Source: Halieaceae bacterium (GTDB lineage: Bacteria; Pseudomonadota; Gammaproteobacteria; Pseudomonadales; Halieaceae). Taken from it: DNA of 63,038 nt. Where the stretch lies: NCBI GenBank assembly GCA_018657645.1, contig JABHWT010000164.1:1-63038 (forward strand), written 5' to 3'. Position numbers and translations under genes: made by a program. This document shows positions 51,959 through 59,533 of the stretch, in pieces. The notes under the pieces are model-generated. The model was not told the DNA's origin, searched no databases, and worked only from the letters and a program-made list of their open reading frames with translations. The first letter of the stretch is position 1. Every line of letters begins with the position of its first letter.

Positions 51959-53181
51959 GCATTACAACCCGCCTGGCCTGGCGTAATCTGTGGCGACACG
52001 GACGACGCACCTGGCTAACGGTGGGGGCAATGATTTTTTGCAACACACTGCTCATCTTCCTGATTTCCTTCCAATTCGGTGTTTACAGCCTGATGATCGA
52101 CAGCGCCCTGTCGGTAGTCACCGGCCACCTGCAAGTACAACACAGCGAATACAATGACGACCCCCGCCTACGGTACAGTGTGCCATATGGCATTGCGCTG
52201 GCAGAGCGGTTGCGCAGCGAAACCAAAATCGAGGCGATGGCCGCCAGGGGCACGGCCTTCGCCCTGGCCTCCAGTGAAAAGCGCTCATTCGGCATCCAGG
52301 TGATGGGTGTCCAGCCAACGTTTGAGCCCCTTGTCTCCACCCTGCCCGGTTTGGTTAAAAAAGGGCGTTATCTTAACAATAACAGCTCGGATGAGATTGT
52401 TATTGGCTCTGTGCTGGCCCGCAACCTCAAGGTGGGAGTCGGCGATGAAATTACCCTGCTTGGCTCGGGACGGGACGGCTCGTTCGCTGCGGGGGTCGCA
52501 ACCGTGGTGGGCATCATTAGCAGCGGCATGAACAACCTGGACCGTTCGATCGCACAAGTTCCGCTGGATTATTTCCAGGCGGTATTTAGCATGGGGGAGC
52601 AGATCAGTAGCATTGTGGTCAATGTGGATACACTGAGCGCGGTAGCCGAGCGAAAGAGCGAACTGACCGCGACCATCAACGAACCCGATCTGGTGGTGCT
52701 GGATTGGGATGAACTACAGCCCGGCCTACAGCAGGCCATTCAGGCAGACTTGTTCAGTGCTTTTGTAATGTACGCCGTATTAATAGTGCTGGTGTCGTTC
52801 AGTGTGCTCAACACACAGCTCATGTCGGTGCTGGAACGGACCCGGGAGTTTGGCGTCATGATGGCGCTTGGCATGCGCCCGGGCAGCCTGGCGCGGCTGG
52901 TTTTTCTGGAGACGGCGACCATGTCGTTATTAGGGCTGGCCTTTGGCTGCATACTGGGGGCTGCGGTTGCCACCTACTTCCAGGTCAATGGTGTCTACAT
53001 CCCCGGCATGGAGGCAGCAATGGAGCAGTACAACTTGCCGGGTGAACTATACCCCCAGGTTAGCATCATCAGTGTTATGCTCGGCCCGCTCATCGTATTC
53101 ACAGGCTGCATGGTGGCAGCGATTTATCCCGCTGTTCGTTTGTACGGATTACAGCCGGTTGCGGCCATGAGGGCTGTATAA
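51955..53181 (+). CDS. ABC transporter permease, FtsX/MacB-type (4 TM with large periplasmic domain)
   Basis: GTGA overlap with the preceding gene. AWRNLWRHGRR N-terminus typical of FtsX-like permeases. Confidence 0.85.
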   Translation: MSITTRLAWRNLWRHGRRTWLTVGAMIFCNTLLIFLISFQFGVYSLMIDSALSVVTGHLQVQHSEYNDDPRLRYSVPYGIALAERLRSETKIEAMAARGTAFALASSEKRSFGIQVMGVQPTFEPLVSTLPGLVKKGRYLNNNSSDEIVIGSVLARNLKVGVGDEITLLGSGRDGSFAAGVATVVGIISSGMNNLDRSIAQVPLDYFQAVFSMGEQISSIVVNVDTLSAVAERKSELTATINEPDLVVLDWDELQPGLQQAIQADLFSAFVMYAVLIVLVSFSVLNTQLMSVLERTREFGVMMALGMRPGSLARLVFLETATMSLLGLAFGCILGAAVATYFQVNGVYIPGMEAAMEQYNLPGELYPQVSIISVMLGPLIVFTGCMVAAIYPAVRLYGLQPVAAMRAV

Positions 53182-53182
53182 G

Positions 53183-54427
53183 ATGGCCGACAAACACTCG
53201 CCGTCTGCAGGCATTCTTGCGACCCTAGCCTGGAGAAACCTGTGGCGCAATTACCGTCGCACTCTGATTATGCTGACTGCCATTGTAGTTGGTGTTTGGG
53301 CGATGATCCTCTTCAGCGCCATGATGCGCGGTATGCTCGACGAGATGGTACAAGCTGGACTGAGAGTATTACCCGGGGAGGTACAGGTTCATCACCCGGA
53401 TTACCAAGACGACCCCAGTGTGGTCAACAGTATGTCGGCACCGAAAGGCAAACTGCTGCAGGTTCTCAATACGCCTCCTGTCACCGCCTGGACCACGCGA
53501 CTGAAAGTACCCGGCATGATCTCCAGTGAAAGAGACAACCGCGGGGTGCTTCTTCTGGGGGTAGACCCCGCCGGAGAAATCGCACTGGGCTTTGACCCAG
53601 GCGATATCGTCCAGGGGCGGTTTCTGGAGTCGGCAGACGACAAGGGGATTGTGATTGGGCGCAAACTGGCGGAGCGCCTTGAAACCCGGCTGGGTAAGCG
53701 GGTTGTCATTATGTCCCAAAACCCATACAACGACGTCGCAGATCGCGGTGTGCGTATTGTGGGTATTTATCGCGCTCGCCTCCAGGCCACCGAGGAGCTG
53801 TTTGTCTACACCAGTCGTGCACTACTGCAAAAAATGCTGGAGGTGGAAGACGAGATTTCGGAGGTGGCCATTACCGCCGACAACTACGAGCATGTTGATG
53901 CGTGGTGGCGGGACATCGACGCCGCCGCTGGTCCCGACCTAGACACCCAACCCTGGACTGTGCTGGATGCCTATCTGGGCTCAATGTATGAAATACAGGG
54001 CACTATGAACGTTATCATCATGGTCATCATTTTCATTGCCCTGTCTTTTGGCCTGGTCAACACCCTGGTCATGGCCGTATTCGAGAGGGTCCGTGAGATC
54101 GGACTGATGATGGCGCTGGGCATGCGGCCGCAGTGGATTATGTACCAGGTATTATTGGAGAGCCTGATGCTGTTGAGCCTTGGGCTGGTCATCGGGAATG
54201 CACTCGCAACGGCTACAGTGCTACCTCTGGAGAGTGGCATCGACATCTCCGTTGTCGGCGATGGTCTGGAAATGTATGGCATGGGCGCGACGCTCTACCC
54301 CACCCTGGCCCTTGAAGACATGCTCATGTCAACCCTCATTGTATTGGTACTGGGCCTGCTGGCCAGCCTGATACCCGCCTGGCGAGCCTCGCGCTATAAC
54401 CCCGTAGAAGCCCTGACAAAAACCTGA
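53183..54427 (+). CDS. ABC transporter permease, FtsX/MacB-type (second copy)
   Basis: 1-nt gap after the previous gene. AWRNLWRNYRR N-terminus, same architecture. Confidence 0.85.
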   Translation: MADKHSPSAGILATLAWRNLWRNYRRTLIMLTAIVVGVWAMILFSAMMRGMLDEMVQAGLRVLPGEVQVHHPDYQDDPSVVNSMSAPKGKLLQVLNTPPVTAWTTRLKVPGMISSERDNRGVLLLGVDPAGEIALGFDPGDIVQGRFLESADDKGIVIGRKLAERLETRLGKRVVIMSQNPYNDVADRGVRIVGIYRARLQATEELFVYTSRALLQKMLEVEDEISEVAITADNYEHVDAWWRDIDAAAGPDLDTQPWTVLDAYLGSMYEIQGTMNVIIMVIIFIALSFGLVNTLVMAVFERVREIGLMMALGMRPQWIMYQVLLESLMLLSLGLVIGNALATATVLPLESGIDISVVGDGLEMYGMGATLYPTLALEDMLMSTLIVLVLGLLASLIPAWRASRYNPVEALTKT

Positions 54428-54440
54428 TGAGAACAAGCGC

Positions 54441-55145
54441 ATGAGTGCACTTTCCTGTAATAAGCTAACCAAAACATTTACTCAGGGCAGTCAGACGATC
54501 AAGGGGCTGGACGACGTCTCCATTGCCATTGCGGAGGGGTCGTTCGTCTGCCTGTCGGGTCCCTCGGGTTCGGGCAAGACCACGCTGCTCAATGCCATGG
54601 GAGGGCTCGATACGCCCGATAGTGGTGAGATATTGGTGGGCGACATGCGCGTTGACCAGATGAACAAGAGCGATCTGGCCGATATGCGACTGCATAACAT
54701 CGGCTTCGTTTTTCAATCCTATAACCTGATTCCGGTGCTCACCGCCCAGGAAAACATTGAGTTCGTAATGCAGATCCAGGGAATACCTGCGGACCAGCGA
54801 AGTGCAAAGTCACGCGAAATTCTCGCGGAGGTAGGCCTGGCAGATCACGAGGGACGGCGCCCGGCTCAGCTCTCGGGCGGTCAGCAACAACGGGTTGCGG
54901 TAGCCCGGGCCATTGTCAGCAACCCAACCCTGGTGCTGGCAGATGAGCCCACTGCCAACCTGGATTCAGTGACTGCCACCCAACTCATGGACCTGTTCGC
55001 CGAACTCAACCAGAGCCGTGGCATTACCTTTGTTATCGCCACCCACGACGCCCGGGTCATGGAGTACTGCCGGCGCCTGATTAAAATGGAAGACGGTAAG
55101 ATCATTTCCGACCAGGAGCAGCCGGGGCGGGGCGCCAACGTCTAA
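54441..55145 (+). CDS. ABC transporter ATP-binding protein (LolD/MacB ATPase type)
   Basis: Walker A GPSGSGKT, signature LSGGQQQRV, Walker B LVLADEPT. Confidence 0.93.
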   Translation: MSALSCNKLTKTFTQGSQTIKGLDDVSIAIAEGSFVCLSGPSGSGKTTLLNAMGGLDTPDSGEILVGDMRVDQMNKSDLADMRLHNIGFVFQSYNLIPVLTAQENIEFVMQIQGIPADQRSAKSREILAEVGLADHEGRRPAQLSGGQQQRVAVARAIVSNPTLVLADEPTANLDSVTATQLMDLFAELNQSRGITFVIATHDARVMEYCRRLIKMEDGKIISDQEQPGRGANV

Positions 55146-56407
55146 TGCGGTGGTGCAGACTTGCATTATTGCTCGTGCCCTGCATCGCGCAAGCCCAAAT
55201 ACTCGATTTTAAAAGTGGTCATGGCAAGGGTCAGTACCAACTAGGGTCCTACCCCCAAGACAGCCTGCTGCGCGATTTTGTCGACACCCCGACCCATGAC
55301 ATCAATGCCGATGTGCGTTTGTTAGTAGGGGGACGCAACTCTAACTGGGACTGGCAGGCCGACTACCAGTTTATTGTGCGCTCAGGGGACACACTGGACT
55401 TGAGCCGCCAGTTGGCCGGCAGTTTTCTGGTGCCCGGTGCCGCCCTCAACGACGAACACCGGTTGATGGATCTCACCCACGTCATATCAGAAAACGATGA
55501 CAGCATTCTTTTGCACCGCCTGGATCGCCTCCACTTCGGCTACACCGGTGATAAAACAGTGGTACGGGTTGGGCGTCAGGCAGTGAGTTGGGGTAATGGC
55601 CTGATCTATAACCCGGTGGACTTTTTTAACCCTTTTGACCCGGCTGCAGTGGACAAGGAATACAAAACGGGCGACGACATGGTATATGGCCAGTATCTGC
55701 AGGACAACGGCAACGACTGGCAGTTTGTCTCGGTATGGCGCCGCGATGACCAGCGGAATACGAGCAGGGATGTAAATACCAATGCCCTCAAGTATCACGC
55801 CTTCGTCGGGGAACAGGAGCTGGACGTACTGTTGGCTCAACACTACGACGATCAAATAATCACAGCCGGCGGCATAACCAGTTGGGGTGGCGCAATTGTA
55901 CGTGGCGATGTGGTATTTACCCACACGGATAGCGACGACTACCTGAGTGCTGTTGCCAACCTGACCTACTCCTGGGTCTGGGGTGGCAAAAATGTATCGG
56001 GCCTGGTCGAGTATTTTTACAATGGTATGGGTTTGCGCGAGGATGACTACAGCAAACTCATCGGAAATTTCTACAGCGAGCCCGGCAACGAGAAAGACCT
56101 GCTGTCACGCCTGGAACGCGGCGAATTATTTACTATTGGTCGACATTACCTGGCCGGCGGACTCACTATTGAAATAACACCACTGATTATTCTCTCCCCC
56201 ACAGTCTTTATAAACATGGGCGATGGTTCGGCACTGGCCCAGGTAGTAGGCCAGTACGATTTCAAGCAGAACTGGCAGTTCCTGTTGGCACTCAACCTCC
56301 CGGTGGGAAGCGATGGCACCGAGTTCGGCGGTCTGGATACCGGTTTTGAAAACAAGCAGTTCAGCATCGGGCCCAGCCTGTTCGCCCAGCTCGCTTTCTA
56401 TTTTTAG
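55145..56407 (+). CDS. putative outer-membrane beta-barrel protein (unassigned family)
   Basis: TAATG overlap with the ATPase gene. Signal peptide ending AQA, aromatic-rich alternating segments, C-terminal QLAFYF typical of OMP termini. Confidence 0.5.
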   Translation: MRWCRLALLLVPCIAQAQILDFKSGHGKGQYQLGSYPQDSLLRDFVDTPTHDINADVRLLVGGRNSNWDWQADYQFIVRSGDTLDLSRQLAGSFLVPGAALNDEHRLMDLTHVISENDDSILLHRLDRLHFGYTGDKTVVRVGRQAVSWGNGLIYNPVDFFNPFDPAAVDKEYKTGDDMVYGQYLQDNGNDWQFVSVWRRDDQRNTSRDVNTNALKYHAFVGEQELDVLLAQHYDDQIITAGGITSWGGAIVRGDVVFTHTDSDDYLSAVANLTYSWVWGGKNVSGLVEYFYNGMGLREDDYSKLIGNFYSEPGNEKDLLSRLERGELFTIGRHYLAGGLTIEITPLIILSPTVFINMGDGSALAQVVGQYDFKQNWQFLLALNLPVGSDGTEFGGLDTGFENKQFSIGPSLFAQLAFYF

Positions 56408-56411
56408 TTAG

Positions 56412-56837
56412 TGCCTATCCAGATGGCTGGCCCCCAGAAACTCTTCAATGCGAATGAATTCAGTAAAAAAGTCGATCGATGATAATGCCCATCATGACCG
56501 TCTGCAGCAGGGAGAGCCTACCCCTCTTTTCGGGTACGCTGCAGCCGAGCCCCCATGGAGGGCCTGCCCCTATTTTCGGGTATGGGTTCACGGCGCGTCC
56601 TGATGGGCATTATCATTGATCGACGCCACGACATGGATTAAAGACTACCATACAAGGGTTTTATCGACTCTTGGTGGCGCTCCGATGTCATGTTTACCTC
56701 CTGGACACGCAGCGAGTACATCCATGTATGCTCGGCTGCAGCATCCATGCTGCAGACGGTCCTGGATGCAAACACGACACCAGAGCTTAATTCCATAACC
56801 ATGGTCTTCTATAAAAATGCCTATTTCTGGATAGGCA
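56412..56837. mobile_element. MITE/REP-like element, copy C1 (composite, complete)
   Basis: Perfect 12-bp terminal inverted repeat TGCCTATCCAGA (56412-56423) versus TCTGGATAGGCA (56826-56837). Perfect 8-bp direct repeat TTAGTTAG on both flanks (56404-56411 and 56838-56845). Inner 28-bp inverted repeat 56471-56498 versus 56597-56624. Confidence 0.8.
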
Positions 56838-56845
56838 TTAGTTAG

Positions 56846-56985
56846 TGCACATCCGGATGGCCGACCATCCGGCACATCCATGTGCCTCCAACCCCTGTAA
56901 ATAGGCCTCCGTTCGGCGAGCTCAAAGGTGTCCAAACAGCTAACCTTCACCGCCTACGCATTGAGCCCGGCAGTTTCTGGGGACC
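56846..56985. repeat. copy C2: inverted half-element homologous to the left arm of copy A
   Basis: The reverse complement of 56880-56980 aligns with 13858-13950 at about 80 percent by eye (CAGAAACTGC..GGCTCAATGCG.AGGC.GT.AAGGTTA.CTGTTT..GACACCTTTGAGCTC.GCCGA.CGGAGGC...GGAGGCACATGGA). Starts with the TIR-like TGCACATCCGGA. Confidence 0.7.
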
Positions 56986-57069
56986 GAAAAAGACTTCATG
57001 CTGGTTTAATATGAAGACGCACCGCTCGCCACATCGGGGTATAACGGACCCGGGACTATGCAGTGACGG

Positions 57070-58131
57070 TTGATATACGTGTATGCGCCGGGAAAAACTC
57101 TGACCAAGACCGCCGCGTGCATATTGCTGGGTACGATCTGCAGTTGTGCGGAACGCCAGCCCCTTGAAAAACTGGATGATTACCTGAACTTCCTTAGTCA
57201 CTCCCTGAAAACGGCGTTTGCTAACCCGACACCCGCGACAGTGATGTCGCCACCGGGGATCGCTACTGTGCGCGTACATCTACCCGTTGCCAGTTTTGAC
57301 CACTTGAATGTTTCAGATCTAAAGGGCTGTGCTTTGCAAATCACCCTCAACAAATTCGGCAGCAGCCTGGGAAAATTCGCCAGCGATTCCCAGCGCCTGC
57401 TATTGTCGCTTGAGTATTTACTCCACGCTCCCGGCTGTGTTCTCTTGATGCGCCAGCAAAACAAGAGGGAGCTGGCAGAGATACTCGAGCAGGCCTACCT
57501 TTTAGTGCAGCAACAACTGCCTGCTCGAATCTTTAACGCCACGCTAGGCGGTATCGAGTTCCGTCAGCTGTGGCTAAAACCACACACCCTTGGGTATTAC
57601 CCAAACTTAACCAACGACCTGGTATTGTCCTCAATAGCAGCCATCGTACGCTCCGCGAGGCGCTGGATGACCGGCGACTACGGGGCAGACAACAGAGAGT
57701 TTGAGATACAGCTGAGCGAAGTCGCCCAGGGCGATGGTGGTGCTCTGTGGCTTGCTTTGGCGGAGCAGGCTTCTCATTTAGAGGCGGCCAGTCGTATTCT
57801 GAAAGCACGGCTTCGGAGCCATCCCAAATGCCCGTCCGATCGCAATCTCGCAGAGGCAGGTACACTGTACAACGCCACCCAGAAATACTTTATCGCGGAA
57901 CTCCAACCCTGGTCTTCAGATCTGACAAAGCGCTATCATCAGCTAATGCCCTCGATAATGGAGCTGGAAGAGCTGCTGAAGGCAGCTCAGCCGACAGCCT
58001 ACATCCACTGGAAAGTTGCGCGCGATCACGGCTTACTACAACTAGCCCAGGCCCCTGTTATTTACGCGGAGCTGTTGCAGACACTAATGGCACCCTGTCC
58101 ACGTCCCCAAGAGATCTCGAACAACGGATAA
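57070..58131 (+). CDS. hypothetical secreted protein or lipoprotein (possibly DUF3080 family)
   Basis: 353-aa ORF with TTG or GTG start (57070 or 57079) and hydrophobic N-terminus ACILLGTICSC. The DUF assignment is an unverified recollection. Confidence 0.4.
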   Translation: MIYVYAPGKTLTKTAACILLGTICSCAERQPLEKLDDYLNFLSHSLKTAFANPTPATVMSPPGIATVRVHLPVASFDHLNVSDLKGCALQITLNKFGSSLGKFASDSQRLLLSLEYLLHAPGCVLLMRQQNKRELAEILEQAYLLVQQQLPARIFNATLGGIEFRQLWLKPHTLGYYPNLTNDLVLSSIAAIVRSARRWMTGDYGADNREFEIQLSEVAQGDGGALWLALAEQASHLEAASRILKARLRSHPKCPSDRNLAEAGTLYNATQKYFIAELQPWSSDLTKRYHQLMPSIMELEELLKAAQPTAYIHWKVARDHGLLQLAQAPVIYAELLQTLMAPCPRPQEISNNG

Positions 58132-58268
58132 AGAAGGCTGAAACCGCCACACTTTGGCGAGCTACAGCCCTTAACAGAGCGGCGAAAAATAATCCCACTC
58201 CGTGCCGGATTCCGCTAAAATACGCTTTCAGGTGAGAAAAGCACCCATTACATAATACGGAGAAATAC

Positions 58269-58880
58269 ATGCGACGCCATCCATTCCCCGCCCTTAGAGC
58301 CTTTTTCGGCATAATCGTCTTACTCGCACTGGGTGCCTGTGCCAGCGCCCCCCCAGAGCCAGAGATAGACTACAAGCGCGATTATGATTTTAGGCATGTG
58401 TTGAAGTTTTCTTTTTACAAACATTCGGGTCAGGTCTCGGGCGACAACCCGATGCAACTAAGCGATATGCAGCGCAATCGCGTCGATGAGGCGCTGAAGC
58501 TGGCGCTGGAGAACCGGGGCTTTACTTTTTATGCCGATGCCAGCCAGGCAGATCTCCTGGTTAGCTGGCACCTGTCTACCCAGAACAAAACGGACGTGCG
58601 CACGCATCAGTCGGTCAGTATGGGGGGCTATGGCGGATATTACGGCGGCTATAACCGGTACAGTAGGTATCACTGCTGGAGCTGTGCCCCTACCCACACC
58701 GAGGTATCGGTAAGGGATTACACCCAGGGCAATTTTATCGTCGATATGATCGACCCCAATTTAAAGCAATCTGTTTGGCGCAGCGTCATCACGTCTCGCC
58801 TGAAGGGCGATAAAGGTGATGATCAGACTCGGTACAACGCCGCCGCCGCCAGGATATTTGCCTCTTTCCCACCACTCTAA
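58269..58880 (+). CDS. lipoprotein, DUF4136-like
   Basis: Lipobox LALGAC. About 200 aa with a Gly/Tyr-rich loop (GGYGGYYGGYNRYSRY). Family assignment from memory. Confidence 0.5.
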   Translation: MRRHPFPALRAFFGIIVLLALGACASAPPEPEIDYKRDYDFRHVLKFSFYKHSGQVSGDNPMQLSDMQRNRVDEALKLALENRGFTFYADASQADLLVSWHLSTQNKTDVRTHQSVSMGGYGGYYGGYNRYSRYHCWSCAPTHTEVSVRDYTQGNFIVDMIDPNLKQSVWRSVITSRLKGDKGDDQTRYNAAAARIFASFPPL

Positions 58881-58965
58881 GGAGCGCTACCCTACGGAGG
58901 CAGTGGGCAAATAGGTAAGAAGACTTATATTACAAATGGTTAAAGAGGTATTGTAGAAACATTAT

Positions 58966-59042
58966 GCGCCCGTAGCTCAGCCGGATAGAGTAGTGGCTTC
59001 CGAAGCCATTGGTCACAGGTTCGAATCCTGTCGGGCGCGCCA
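58966..59042 (+). tRNA. tRNA-Arg (anticodon CCG)
   Basis: Acceptor stem GCGCCCG/CGGGCGC, D-arm TAGCTCAGCCGGATAGAG, anticodon loop TTCCGAA, T-arm GGTTCGAATCC, encoded CCA. Close to E. coli argX. Confidence 0.95.
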
Positions 59043-59143
59043 TTTTTTCAAAACGGTAACTCTTTAAAATGTATGAAAAACAGCAGCCCGGAAAGAATTT
59101 GACGAACCGTCCTGATAAGCGAATCTAATCGAAACGAAGGCGG

Positions 59144-59350
59144 TCAATCAAGTTCAACTCCATCAGCCCCGTTATCATCACCATCATCCATGTTCATGAC
59201 ATGGGCCATCACTGCTCCATCTTCACCTCTGATATACCAGGCAATAGCAACAAAGAATACAGCTGTGGCACAACCAGCAATCAGACCACCCAGAACCCTT
59301 AATATTTTTGCCACCATCACTACGTGCCTTGTGTAAATTTGTCCGAACAA
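59144..59350 (-). CDS. hypothetical small membrane protein
   Basis: 68-aa ORF with one TM helix (ILRVLGGLIAGCATAVFFVAIAWYI) and an acidic tail. No recognisable family and no clear RBS. Confidence 0.25.
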   Translation of the reverse strand: MFGQIYTRHVVMVAKILRVLGGLIAGCATAVFFVAIAWYIRGEDGAVMAHVMNMDDGDDNGADGVELD

Positions 59351-59533
59351 CGGTATCTACTTCTTACCACTATACACCGAAGGTAGTGATTAACCCCACT
59401 CGCCCGCTGGTCCACGGCTTAGCCGAGGGTTCCCAGGTCGGACCTTCATCGGTCTGTTTAGCGATGCATCAACAGGGTTGATGCCTATTTACTGTTACCT
59501 TCACCCATTTATTGGTAGTAGACTTACGACAAT

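Noticed and set aside
56511-56584. Two 28-nt direct repeats spaced 46 nt apart, which raised the question of a mini CRISPR array.
   Set aside because: There are only two copies. They are embedded symmetrically inside a 28-bp inverted repeat of a larger palindromic element. The same motif occurs singly in the copy at 13951. No cas genes are present.
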